Shown here one piece after another: positions 1 through 9,133 of a DNA stretch of 64,000 bases; position 1 is the stretch's first letter, and each line of letters starts with the position of its first letter. This DNA is from a virus (lineage: Duplodnaviria > Caudoviricetes). The notes beneath the pieces are model-generated. The model was not told the DNA's origin and ran no database searches. It saw only the letters and a program-made list of their open reading frames with translations. Both the position numbers and the translations under genes were made by a program. Where the stretch lies: positions 2,846 through 66,845 of the IMG/VR virus record IMGVR_UViG_2851188095_000001; one strand, given 5' to 3'.

Positions 1-119
1 AGCCGCACGAGATCAAGCGCCAGGGTCGTCGGATGCTTTCCGCATGCGACCGCCAACCGAATCAGTTTCGTGCGCGTATCGTCATCTGGCGTTAGGCCGA
101 TCCGCTTGCCTACGATCAT
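1..119 (-). CDS. Hypothetical protein, runs off window (MIVGKRIGLTPDDDTRTKLIRL...)
   Basis: ATG at 119 preceded by GGGAGG RBS; open to window edge. Confidence 0.6.
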   Translation of the reverse strand, partial: MIVGKRIGLTPDDDTRTKLIRLAVACGKHPTTLALDLVR

Positions 120-316
120 AAGATCGCCTCCCTTTCGTTTTATATCGTAACCTTACGCAGTGACAACGTTACCTATGCGTGTACCGGAAATAAAAATACG
201 GCCCCTGTCGCGGATTCACTCCGTAACAAGGGCCGTTTTATTGCGGTGGGCAGACTCTCCCCTAACGCTGTGCCTACGCAATCAGCGTATGCGCGGTCAG
301 GCAGATTTATGCGTGT

Positions 317-655
317 CTATCCAATTACTGCCGAGATATCGCGCAAATTAATCCATATGATATCCTCGTCATTTACGACTTTGACCTGCCTGCGCACCGG
401 ATCAATCTGTTGTACCACGCCCCACATTTGATGTATTTCACCGAGAGATGGCCGCATTTCTTTCCAATAACGCACGGTAACGGCGAAGTCCTCCGTCATC
501 GACGCCCTCATGAGTCGGTCAATATCTGTCATCTCATCGTCTTCTAGCGCTGGTTTCGGTACCAGCGTTGTCTCATACGCGTGGTTAACGAGTGCCGCGA
601 CGTGCTCTGGCAACATAAACCCTCTTCCAATTGGATCGCTAATTCTTATCGACAT
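317..655 (-). CDS. YolD-like family protein
   Basis: MLPEH motif, KPxL-DD-E, GVVQQID; GGAGG RBS before MSIRIS; SOS box upstream. Confidence 0.85.
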   Translation of the reverse strand: MSIRISDPIGRGFMLPEHVAALVNHAYETTLVPKPALEDDEMTDIDRLMRASMTEDFAVTVRYWKEMRPSLGEIHQMWGVVQQIDPVRRQVKVVNDEDIIWINLRDISAVIG

Positions 656-676
656 ATCACGTCTACCTCCAAATAA

Positions 677-721
677 GAACGTTTGTTCCTGTATTATGCG
701 CTCACTCTCCGAATTTATCAA
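677..721 (-). promoter_or_regulatory. SigA promoter (TTGATA-17-CATAAT) with LexA/DinR SOS box GAAC-N4-GTTC at 677-688
   Basis: GAACGTTTGTTC at 677-688; -10 at 693-698, -35 at 716-721. Confidence 0.8.
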
Positions 722-902
722 TAGGGCTTCCGTTCCCTCCGAAAATTTTCCGCACGCGGACGTATACAGGTACGGGCAAATCCGGAAATACAAACGCGAT
801 CCTGCCGTCTGGTAACGTACGAATCTCGTACGGTATGTAACGGTCGTCGAGTTCGTGGAAGATGGCGGATGCATCGCGCCAGGGTACGGTGAAATAGAAC
901 AC
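702..902 (-). CDS. Small hypothetical protein
   Basis: GTG start after AAGGAG; protein-like composition. Confidence 0.5.
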   Translation of the reverse strand: MFYFTVPWRDASAIFHELDDRYIPYEIRTLPDGRIAFVFPDLPVPVYVRVRKIFGGNGSPIDKFGE

Positions 903-954
903 GGGCAGGTACGCTCCTTAACGTTTTAGACATCGTACCCCTCCGGTTTGGGAC

Positions 955-1003
955 AAAAAAAGAGCGCCCCAGCAACGGAAGTAATTCCGCTACCAGGGCG
1001 CTC
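955..1003 (-). terminator. Intrinsic terminator after holin
   Basis: GAGCGCCC...GGGCGCTC stem followed by T-run on minus strand. Confidence 0.75.
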
Positions 1004-1012
1004 GTTATTCGA

Positions 1013-1285
1013 TTACACTTCGTACTTTTCCGTTTTCTCTACCGTTTGGCTCGCGGCTGGCTTCGGACGCACGTAACTGTACGCACCCGCCGCGGTCAAA
1101 CCGACCACCGCCGTAGTCAAAATCCCGTCCTTAATCGCGCCATCCGGTGCGAACACGAACAGCGCGGCAAAAAGCATCGCTGCCACTGGCGCAAACTTGC
1201 CGGACATGCCGAGTCCCTTCGCTACTCCCGTTAATGCGGCCACAATCGCGGCCAACGTTGCAATATCGTATGTGATCGTTTCCAT
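1013..1285 (-). CDS. Holin
   Basis: 90 aa, about 3 hydrophobic helices, GLTAAGAYS motif, next to endolysin. Confidence 0.85.
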   Translation of the reverse strand: METITYDIATLAAIVAALTGVAKGLGMSGKFAPVAAMLFAALFVFAPDGAIKDGILTTAVVGLTAAGAYSYVRPKPAASQTVEKTEKYEV

Positions 1286-2493
1286 TAGCGTTTCCCTCCG
1301 ATATATTTAATAGCGTTCAGTACTACGGTCAGCACGAACCATACCGTAGCCTGCTCGTTTAATCGCGCTGACCAGTCTGACGTAATCAGCCCGAGCGCCC
1401 GCGCCTCATCGTGCGCCTTCCGTTTCCACTCTTCGATCACAGGCGGCTCCTCCTTCGGCTCCCTCGTCGCCTTCCGTAGTCCGTACGTCTTCGCGAGTCC
1501 TTCCGTAATGGCGCGCGCCACTTTATCGCGGTAGGCGTCCGACTTGAGTAACGCAGCCTCTTCGCGATTGGTCATAAATCCGCATTCGCAAAGGATTCCC
1601 GCCATTTCCGACTTCGTTTCGCGCAGGACGTGAAAGTCGGCTTGCTTAACGCCTCGATTTCGGCGGCCTGTATGCGCGATGAGCTCCGCCTGTACGTTCG
1701 CTGCCAGTTTGCGCGATCCTTCGTCCGCCTTCGTGTACACAAACGTAGTGATCCCGTTCGCATCGTACCAGCCGCCTGGTCCCGCCGCGTCTGCGTGAAT
1801 GGAAACGTAGGCATTCGCTCCCCATCTTTTCGCACGGTCAGTACGTTCGCCTAACGGAACGTCCCGTCCGTCCTCGTGCGTGAAGAGAACGGATACGCCC
1901 TCGTATTCTGCGAGTAGATCGCGCACCCGTTTCGCGACTGCGGAGTTGAAGTGATACTCGCGCATGCTCCCGTCAGGTGTCCGTTTGCCTGGCGTATCCG
2001 GTCCGTGTCCCGCGTCGATTGCGACCTTTAACGTCATTGTCCGGCTCACCTCCGCGTCATATTCGTATAGTCGATATTGCTCGATAACCTTTGTCAACTT
2101 TTCGGTATAGGACGGATCGGTCGCGTAGCCAGCGCGCGCCACCTCGACGCATGCCGTCCGCCAGTCTACGTTGATGACGTTGCGGTAGCGCAGTTTCAGC
2201 AAGAACTCGGAGTGGTCGCGGATAGATTCGCTCCAATCGTTGTACTTGCGGAAGGCTGACCGCTTCTCAATCCGCACGCCGTCAACGTACTCATCCGATA
2301 CCTTTTCGTAGCTACCCGCAGGACCTACGCCTTTGATTCCGAATAGTGCGTTCGCATTGACCGCGAGTTCGGACGTGCCCGACCGCGATTCAACGATTGC
2401 CTGCGCGAGTGTGAGCGAAGCCGGTACGCCTGTCCGCCTGTGTTCGGCAACGGCAATCGGCGCGATTCTTGCGATGAAATCCACGTCAACCAC
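1285..2493 (-). CDS. Endolysin, GH73 glucosaminidase + Amidase_3
   Basis: LAQAIVES, NALFGIKG, GYATDP (GH73); IDAGHG, SIHAD, LCECGFMTN (amidase_3). Confidence 0.93.
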   Translation of the reverse strand: MVDVDFIARIAPIAVAEHRRTGVPASLTLAQAIVESRSGTSELAVNANALFGIKGVGPAGSYEKVSDEYVDGVRIEKRSAFRKYNDWSESIRDHSEFLLKLRYRNVINVDWRTACVEVARAGYATDPSYTEKLTKVIEQYRLYEYDAEVSRTMTLKVAIDAGHGPDTPGKRTPDGSMREYHFNSAVAKRVRDLLAEYEGVSVLFTHEDGRDVPLGERTDRAKRWGANAYVSIHADAAGPGGWYDANGITTFVYTKADEGSRKLAANVQAELIAHTGRRNRGVKQADFHVLRETKSEMAGILCECGFMTNREEAALLKSDAYRDKVARAITEGLAKTYGLRKATREPKEEPPVIEEWKRKAHDEARALGLITSDWSARLNEQATVWFVLTVVLNAIKYIGGKR

Positions 2494-2497
2494 CGCC

Positions 2498-2764
2498 TTA
2501 CTTATTTAAAATAAACGCGAGGACGGTTCCGATAAAACTCGTTCCAATCCCGATAATGAACCCCCAACTCCAGCGCGAGTTCGTCTTCATTTCCGCTATA
2601 TCGCGCGCATTCTCGTCCGCTTTTGCATCCGCTAGGCGCGCTTTCTCTAACGCAGTCTCGGCGGTCCTTTTAATTTCGGTCATTCCGTCGAGCTTCGTAT
2701 CCAAACGCACGAGCCACTCGCGTACGTCCGCTAATTGCGTGCGAATCTCTTTCATATCGTCCAT
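2498..2764 (-). CDS. XhlA-like lysis membrane protein
   Basis: Coiled coil plus C-terminal TM helix, upstream of endolysin. Confidence 0.75.
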   Translation of the reverse strand: MDDMKEIRTQLADVREWLVRLDTKLDGMTEIKRTAETALEKARLADAKADENARDIAEMKTNSRWSWGFIIGIGTSFIGTVLAFILNK

Positions 2765-2780
2765 GGGCGTGCCCCTTTCG

Positions 2781-2918
2781 TTAAGCTACGGGCTTTTCGT
2801 TCTCGGCCGCTAAATACTCGGCAACGGGAATACGGTAGGCTTCCGGTAGACTTTCGATCGTGCGGCGACCCTCCGAAATAAGAAACGCGTATGCTCGTAC
2901 CATATATGGTTTCACCAT
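2781..2918 (-). CDS. CD1375/XkdX-like small tail-associated protein (45 aa, MVKPYMVRAYAFLISEGRRTIESLPEAYRIPVAEYL...)
   Basis: Not in ORF track; YxxLIxxGRRTIESLP pattern; ATG overlaps upstream TAA. Confidence 0.75.
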   Translation of the reverse strand: MVKPYMVRAYAFLISEGRRTIESLPEAYRIPVAEYLAAENEKPVA

Positions 2919-3328
2919 TACTTTCTCCCGCCTTTCAGCGCATTAATTTCAACTCGTAATGACGCTACTTGGTCGCCGATGTACGCTATAGCATCGTACG
3001 CGTCGGTCAACATTCGTCTATGTGTCGCGACCTGTTGTTCAAGAGTCTTTCGTTGTGCTTCCTCTTCTTCCTGAATAGGTGTCAAGTCCCATGCGATCAG
3101 TTCCGTTACAGGATCGATACGATAAGAATATTTTCCGAACTTCTCGCTGTCCTGTCCGTATGGTATACGGAGTACACCAACTGTTGTGGGCAGACGCTCA
3201 GAAAGAATACGGTAGGATGCGAAATCTTCTTCGATAGAAGTCTCCCGAACCGAACCACTTGACTCTCCAGTATCTAATAATACGTTCCCGGTTGCTTTGT
3301 CGTAGTATATCTTGCGCCCAACCTCCAC
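2918..3328 (-). CDS. Tail fibre assembly/XkdW-like protein
   Basis: GRKIYYDKATGNVL N-terminus, C-terminal coiled coil, follows fibre gene. Confidence 0.6.
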   Translation of the reverse strand: MEVGRKIYYDKATGNVLLDTGESSGSVRETSIEEDFASYRILSERLPTTVGVLRIPYGQDSEKFGKYSYRIDPVTELIAWDLTPIQEEEEAQRKTLEQQVATHRRMLTDAYDAIAYIGDQVASLRVEINALKGGRK

Positions 3329-3342
3329 GGTTTCACCTCCCT

Positions 3343-4182
3343 TTATTCAAATGCAATCCAGTTATAAACACTACCCACATCAAAGATATTACCTTGGGCA
3401 GTAAGGGTAAAGCTGGTTGCCGTACGCGTTACGTTCCACGTTCCTTGGAAAAGTTGAGACCCGTGATAAAATATTCCGCGAATATGGCTACTAAAGTCGT
3501 ACATCACATAAAAAGGAACATTCCAATAATCAAGCCTTGACATCAGCACTACGCTTGGCTGAAAGGAAAGACCTGAAACGGTGTTGGTGCTTGAGTGAGT
3601 GCTGGTAAAATTACCTGAAGCTGACCTCTTCCCTTCGATAACCGTCCCAACTACACCGAATATATTGACGCCACTACGGATATTACTCGCGATTAAATCG
3701 GGATCACCTTGTACGACACCTGACCCATTGTGATAACCGGACGCAATTGTTTGATTCGTCGTCCCTGGCGTAATTGTCACTGCGCCTCGATTCGGCATCG
3801 TACCCGCGATATTCGTTCCAGAACCGTTACTGAACGTTTTTCCCGTTAGTACATCTGCAGCGACTGCCGTTCCGCTCGGAATAGGCGCGGTTCCCGTGAC
3901 TCCGAAGATATTTACGCCATTCTTGATATTCGCCGCAATGAGGTCGGCGTCGCCTAGTATCGTAATATCTCCGTCATAGATTCCCGCCTGTTTTACGATG
4001 TTTGTGGTTCCGGGAGTCACCGTTTGGGCACTCGTTGCACGTACCGCTAACGTACCAACCTTATCGTTACCGTCCGCATTCGAGAACGTTTTTCCTGCGC
4101 GAACATCGCCAGACTGCGCGTCACCTATGAGTTTCTTACCCACGCCAATGCCACGCGTCCGTAATGCATTCGTAATATCCAT
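3343..4182 (-). CDS. Tail fibre / receptor-binding protein
   Basis: Duplicated GKTFSN...TPGTTN...GDxDLIAxNIxxGVNIFGVxGT units; position after baseplate. Confidence 0.75.
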   Translation of the reverse strand: MDITNALRTRGIGVGKKLIGDAQSGDVRAGKTFSNADGNDKVGTLAVRATSAQTVTPGTTNIVKQAGIYDGDITILGDADLIAANIKNGVNIFGVTGTAPIPSGTAVAADVLTGKTFSNGSGTNIAGTMPNRGAVTITPGTTNQTIASGYHNGSGVVQGDPDLIASNIRSGVNIFGVVGTVIEGKRSASGNFTSTHSSTNTVSGLSFQPSVVLMSRLDYWNVPFYVMYDFSSHIRGIFYHGSQLFQGTWNVTRTATSFTLTAQGNIFDVGSVYNWIAFE

Positions 4183-4194
4183 CCGTTCACCGCC

Positions 4195-4551
4195 TTATTT
4201 ATTCGGAACCTTATCCGTTACAATCCCGTTCGCATCGTATGTTAACGTCCATATAACGGTATCTATTACCGTCGTTCCGGAATCGTCGTACAGGTTCCAC
4301 GTATCTGTCGTATAGTTCCCGCCGACTTTGTTCGAGAGCACTGCGCGGAGATATCTCGAGTCATTCTCCGGGCGCAGATACTCGACAGTTGTGTACACCT
4401 TGTTGGTCGCATCATACGTCGTGGTGTCGACCTTCTCACGGTAATTACGTAGATTCCGGTCGATTACGAGCCAGTTCTCGTTCATTGACGCTCGTGTAAC
4501 ATTGTCGTTTCCGTCAAACTTCTTTATTCCGCTTGATAGTGTTTGCGCCAA
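4195..4551 (-). CDS. Tail fibre proximal/adaptor protein
   Basis: MNENWLVID-type N-terminus; synteny. Confidence 0.55.
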   Translation of the reverse strand: MAQTLSSGIKKFDGNDNVTRASMNENWLVIDRNLRNYREKVDTTTYDATNKVYTTVEYLRPENDSRYLRAVLSNKVGGNYTTDTWNLYDDSGTTVIDTVIWTLTYDANGIVTDKVPNK

Positions 4552-4565
4552 TCTTCTTCACCTCC

Positions 4566-5129
4566 CTACGGTTTGTACACTTCGAATTCATCCCATGTTA
4601 GTGACATTGAGTCTAGCACGTTCCACGTCCACCCGAAAGAATCTACCTCGTCCCAACGCAGATACGTAAACTCATACGTTATACCGAGATGCGCCGGAAT
4701 AATTTCGCGAAGTGCCGCCTTTGTATCGTTAAGGTTCGGCGGGATGCCACGATTACCGATAAACGTAATCTTGATCGAATAGTTCGCGGAATCTTCCGCT
4801 ACGTTTACCTCGCCGCTGTCGTACGCCTCTGCCACCGATTTAATCAGCGCGACTGTAACCGTCCCAACTCCGCGAATCTTCGATTTAACTACGGCCCGGC
4901 GTTGCTCAATTGGCTTTGTCTCGTCCGTTGGTATCCCACATGCCTTCTCCCAACGCGCGAGCCCGTATGTTGCCGTATCGATGAAAAACTGATCTAGTAC
5001 AGTCTTGATTGCGCCATTCAACGCAACGAATTCGTTAGCCTCGCGGTCTAGAACGTTTTGGACAATCCGGAACTCTTCGTAGTATTGCGGCAGGTAATCA
5101 CTCATGTCCCGTCTGATATCGCGTGTCAT
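4566..5129 (-). CDS. Baseplate protein XkdU/YmfQ-like (DUF2313)
   Basis: YLPQYY, QFFIDTATYGLARWE, IIPAHL motifs. Confidence 0.88.
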   Translation of the reverse strand: MTRDIRRDMSDYLPQYYEEFRIVQNVLDREANEFVALNGAIKTVLDQFFIDTATYGLARWEKACGIPTDETKPIEQRRAVVKSKIRGVGTVTVALIKSVAEAYDSGEVNVAEDSANYSIKITFIGNRGIPPNLNDTKAALREIIPAHLGITYEFTYLRWDEVDSFGWTWNVLDSMSLTWDEFEVYKP

Positions 5130-6202
5130 TACGTCACACTCACCGTCCCTACGACCGCCACACTACCGTCTGCAATTGTGATATTACCGGCTGCTCCATT
5201 AACTTGGAGGTTCGCATAGTCAACGACCGCATCCGCATTTAGCACCACGTTCGCGATTTGTGTATACCGGACCATCGGGTCAACGAATGCCAGCGTCTTG
5301 AGGTACTCACGCAATCCCTTTGTTATTTGCGCCTGCGCGTCCGCAAGGCTTGCGCCGCTTGCTAGAGTTACGGTTACGGACACGTTGATCGAAACCTCCG
5401 TAGCGCCTACAACCGACACCGTCGCTCCTACCGGACGCTGCGTTTCGATATATGCCGCGACTTCCGCTATTTTCGTAGAGTCTGGCGCAGTCTTATCGGA
5501 GTCGAGAAGAACGACCTTCACCGTTCCGTTTCCGTTCCATACCGAATAAACCTTTGCGTCGGAAATGCCCGCAATCTCAAGCGCCCATTGCCGATAGTGA
5601 TTCCCGTTACCGGACGTTGCTGGTCTACGTACACGGTCGAGATAGCGCGCCAAAAGGTCAGCGTCCGATTCTGTATCTACTCCGCCGTCAAACATGCTTG
5701 CGTTCGTAACTGCGGTAATTCCCGTAATATTTCCAGCCGTAAGTTTGATCGCGCCAACAGACACGTTTCCATTCGCGCCACCAACCTTCGCCTCGGCTGC
5801 GACCGATACTGTGCCGCCTGTTATCGTCGCATCTGCGGTGGTGACGAAGTAAATCGGGTACTCTCCATCTGTTGAAACCTCAGACCCTTTCGGAATTAGC
5901 GTGCCGTCAGTTCCGCTAAACGTTACATGACCGATTGCCTTTTCGGACGGCTTCCGTATAAGGCCCATTTCCGCAACGCGCCTATCGAGGTATTCTCCGA
6001 AAGCCGACGCCGTGCCGTCCGCCTTAACCGCGAGTCCCTTATCGAGCACCGTATCTAGCTCGATATACGCCGTCTCAAATTCGATAGCTGCCGGACCGGT
6101 TAGGTCGTACGTGACTGAACCCGGACGCTTATCGATATCCGATGGACTCGCGTCAAGCATCCGCTGTTGTATCGTCTCTTTCGTTTCGTTTTCGTAAGCC
6201 AC
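5129..6202 (-). CDS. Baseplate J-like protein (XkdT-like)
   Basis: GEYLDRR, GGVDTESD, PATSGN..HYRQWA, WNGNGTVKV. Confidence 0.92.
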   Translation of the reverse strand: MAYENETKETIQQRMLDASPSDIDKRPGSVTYDLTGPAAIEFETAYIELDTVLDKGLAVKADGTASAFGEYLDRRVAEMGLIRKPSEKAIGHVTFSGTDGTLIPKGSEVSTDGEYPIYFVTTADATITGGTVSVAAEAKVGGANGNVSVGAIKLTAGNITGITAVTNASMFDGGVDTESDADLLARYLDRVRRPATSGNGNHYRQWALEIAGISDAKVYSVWNGNGTVKVVLLDSDKTAPDSTKIAEVAAYIETQRPVGATVSVVGATEVSINVSVTVTLASGASLADAQAQITKGLREYLKTLAFVDPMVRYTQIANVVLNADAVVDYANLQVNGAAGNITIADGSVAVVGTVSVT

Positions 6203-6203
6203 G

Positions 6204-6626
6204 CTATAACCTCACCTCCTCTTCGAGCCCTAGCGTTCCTGCTGTGGTATCAACGAAAAAGGAGACGTACAGACCGTCTCCTTTGCGTGCGATTGTGAAG
6301 TTGTATACGTCCGAAATCCTGTCATCTACGAATAGCGCCTCTCTAATCAAACGAGGAACTTCCGCGTTCAATAGTTCGATTGGCAAGTCTTGTCCGATCA
6401 AGTCTTCGAGCTCACATCCGTAAAGGTGCTCATATCCGTAAATTAAATACCGGAATCGCGCAGTCACAATCGCCTTTTGTATCGCTTGTCGGATCGCAGC
6501 CTCACCGTTAATCATCCCGCCCACTTCGCCCGTATCGAAATTGAGTGCGTATGTGCGGGATGGCTGCGGAGTGGGTACGACTTCGACTGCGCGTTCTTCG
6601 GCTGGCCGTAATGGACTAAGCGCCAT
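6204..6626 (-). CDS. Baseplate wedge/sheath initiator XkdS-like (DUF2634)
   Basis: TARFRYLIY, YGCELEDLIG, EALFVDDRI. Confidence 0.88.
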   Translation of the reverse strand: MALSPLRPAEERAVEVVPTPQPSRTYALNFDTGEVGGMINGEAAIRQAIQKAIVTARFRYLIYGYEHLYGCELEDLIGQDLPIELLNAEVPRLIREALFVDDRISDVYNFTIARKGDGLYVSFFVDTTAGTLGLEEEVRL

Positions 6627-7050
6627 ATTGCTTCACCCTATCGTGTATAACGTATGTTTGTCCGTCGTTCATAGACGAGACGAGTATGCGATCGCCCGGC
6701 TTGAGTACGTCTTCAAACTGGAATTCGATATACGACAACTTCTGGTACGAGTCGCCGTCCGAATCACTATCTTTCGGAAATGGCGTCATATCGCCGACAT
6801 CGCGCTCCTTGCCCTGTTCGTGAGTTATCGTTGCGATCCGTGTATGTCGCGTCAGATGTTCGCAAACTACGAGATCGTCCGCGTCAAGATCGATTGTCAT
6901 GTTATCAACTCTGATTCGGAGTTCGGGAGGAGACGCGACAACGATGGCAAGTTCGAACTTGTCGTATGGATTATATCCGACATCTGCGATCGCTTGGCGA
7001 AGTTGGCTGACACCTGAACCTTCGAGCCTATCCGAAGATTTGATCGACAA
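6616..7050 (-). CDS. XkdR-like spike protein (DUF2577)
   Basis: VVASPPELRI, LKPGDRILV, GQTYVIHDRV. Confidence 0.82.
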   Translation of the reverse strand: MSIKSSDRLEGSGVSQLRQAIADVGYNPYDKFELAIVVASPPELRIRVDNMTIDLDADDLVVCEHLTRHTRIATITHEQGKERDVGDMTPFPKDSDSDGDSYQKLSYIEFQFEDVLKPGDRILVSSMNDGQTYVIHDRVKQYGA

Positions 7051-8071
7051 TGCTCGTTCCTCCCTTCCGTCCTTTACGTGCCTTTGGCTCCGGAGGCGCT
7101 TCGTACTCCATCGTTGGCAAATCGTCCGTCGCGCTTAACGAAAGCGACATCGTATGGTTTCCGTTCGCAAACGTGTGTGTATCCGTTGAAACGTAAAATC
7201 CCCCGGTAATTCCCGTCATAGACTCGCGCACATATACGGCAGCGCCCGCAACAACTTCCGGATTACCCAGCGCGTCCACACGGGCATCATCGTCAATCGT
7301 CCCGAGTTCCGTGAGCAACTGTTTCGCGCGCTGCTCGACCTGTGACTTCGTCATATCCGCGTCCACGTTTTCCAAATGTTGCATGAGTCCGAATCGCTTG
7401 ATGAGCGCATCGTCCTTTACCGTAGCGATTATCGGTTTCTTTTCCGGATCACCGCCGATAACTTTCACTTGCGTCCGCATGTCTTCGATAGATTGCGAAT
7501 AGGTTGCGGATGTGATGTTACGACCATTTTCGAGCACCCATCGTGCGACAACGTCCTTACGTTCGGATAAATACAACTTTCCCTCACGCGAGTAAACAAA
7601 AAAGCGCCTCCCCGTCTGCTTTCGCGAATAGGTTAGCGCTATCGTCATCATATCCCATATCGATTTGTCGCGTAGGACGAGCTTCGGAATAACGTAGCCA
7701 GTCTCCGCGATCGTTCCGGTCTCGATGCCGAAGTCGTTGCACAACCGTCGTACAATCGCACTCGCCGTCACCCCAGCAAATTTACGCGTGTCAAAGTTAC
7801 GCGTCAGATACGTATTCTCATCGTGTGCGGTCGCTGTCATCATGCCGCGATGGTCGATCCGGAAATCAAAGATCACGCCACGGAACAACTCACGACCATC
7901 GTACATGAGGCGGAGTTCCTTTCCGTGCTCAATCTTCCGTATTTGCGTCCGTCCGTCCGTTGTATTGACGAAAGACACCGTTATCTTGCGCGATGCCTGC
8001 GTGACGTCACCGGACCATGTCGCGGATTGAACGAGCAGAGGCGCGCCGTCGTATAAGACTTCGATAGTCAT
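7028..8071 (-). CDS. Baseplate hub XkdQ/YqbQ-like
   Basis: TWSGD..QASR, LFRGVIF, YSQSIEDM; synteny. Confidence 0.88.
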   Translation of the reverse strand: MTIEVLYDGAPLLVQSATWSGDVTQASRKITVSFVNTTDGRTQIRKIEHGKELRLMYDGRELFRGVIFDFRIDHRGMMTATAHDENTYLTRNFDTRKFAGVTASAIVRRLCNDFGIETGTIAETGYVIPKLVLRDKSIWDMMTIALTYSRKQTGRRFFVYSREGKLYLSERKDVVARWVLENGRNITSATYSQSIEDMRTQVKVIGGDPEKKPIIATVKDDALIKRFGLMQHLENVDADMTKSQVEQRAKQLLTELGTIDDDARVDALGNPEVVAGAAVYVRESMTGITGGFYVSTDTHTFANGNHTMSLSLSATDDLPTMEYEAPPEPKARKGRKGGTSIVDQIFG

Positions 8072-8733
8072 CCGAGCATCAACACCTGTCCGGGATAAAT
8101 TAGGTTCGGGTCCTTACCGATCACCTTCGTATTCTTCGCGTAAATATCCCGCCATTTCAATCCGTAGCGTAGCCCTATTTTCGTCAGGTTATCGCCAGAT
8201 TTGACCGTATACGTTTTCGGAATTTCACGCGAATTATCGCTAGCGCGCGCAGACACACCGCTGACTTTCGCTGCTGTCGGAGTCATTTCGAGACGCGACG
8301 TTTCGGCGAACACGTACTCCTTCAGCGCGAGATCGTAGTAGATATCGCCAGGATTTCCGGCGCGCTCCGGATCAATGTCGAAGCTACGGATAGTGACCGG
8401 ATATGTTATCGGCGTTCCCGTAATGGTTAGGCGGATGGGCTTGCGCGTCGCGATCCATCGCTCAATCGTAGCCACAGCGTCCCATGGCGCGGGTATTGCC
8501 TCATATTCGCAATAGGACGGGCTATAGTCGCGCGGAAAGAACGAGGAAAAAGAAAAGTCCCGCAATCTGGCGTCACCGATAACGGTGTATTCGCCTAGCT
8601 GCGAGACTGTTACGTCCTCGTACGAATGGGACGACTGTATGCGGATGGATGCGGGATTGACCGGGAGTTGCAGGCGCTCGGCTCCGTTATTGTACGAGAG
8701 CCAAAATTGAATAGCGTTGGACAATCGCGTCAC
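8068..8733 (-). CDS. XkdP-like LysM tail protein
   Basis: LPVNP, SFSSFFP, C-terminal LysM YTVKSGDNL...NLIYPGQ. Confidence 0.9.
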   Translation of the reverse strand: MTRLSNAIQFWLSYNNGAERLQLPVNPASIRIQSSHSYEDVTVSQLGEYTVIGDARLRDFSFSSFFPRDYSPSYCEYEAIPAPWDAVATIERWIATRKPIRLTITGTPITYPVTIRSFDIDPERAGNPGDIYYDLALKEYVFAETSRLEMTPTAAKVSGVSARASDNSREIPKTYTVKSGDNLTKIGLRYGLKWRDIYAKNTKVIGKDPNLIYPGQVLMLG

Positions 8734-8738
8734 CTCCG

Positions 8739-9068
8739 TTAATTATTTTTGCTGACAAGGCCTCTTTCACTTTTATACTTTAATTTGTTGTTTTCGAATC
8801 TTGCTTCTACAAAGCTCCCATCTGGATTTGTCCACATGTAGGCAGTCACTACTACTCCGTCGTCTTGAACCTTTTCATAGAGAAGTTTACTTCTTTTCCC
8901 AAGGACCTGGGTTACCTCTTCTTGTGACATGCCTCTTGATATGTCTTCGTAGTCAGAAGCTTTAAATGCAAAAACTGATTCACGCAAGTAAAGTACGACC
9001 GCCGCAGCAATGATAACAATAATAATAACCGCTATAATTTTCTTTTTACTATCAAGTTGAAATTCCAT
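8739..9068 (-). CDS. Membrane-anchored exported protein (moron; BLIP/DUF3862-like)
   Basis: AT-rich; KKK plus TM helix; YEDISRGMSQEEVTQVLG; own putative promoter. Confidence 0.7.
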   Translation of the reverse strand: MEFQLDSKKKIIAVIIIVIIAAAVVLYLRESVFAFKASDYEDISRGMSQEEVTQVLGKRSKLLYEKVQDDGVVVTAYMWTNPDGSFVEARFENNKLKYKSERGLVSKNN

Positions 9069-9133
9069 CGGAAGCACCTCCACCTAACCTTATATTACCA
9101 TTGACAGAGGTGCATTGTCCAAGATTCAGTGTC

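Noticed and set aside
1765-1790. GPGGW in the endolysin resembling the DGGPGW signal
   Set aside because: Different order, internal to the amidase domain; coincidence
3343-3640. Possible diversity-generating retroelement target at the tail fibre tip
   Set aside because: No reverse transcriptase and no template repeat seen in the window; the lower-GC tip fits ordinary domain swapping
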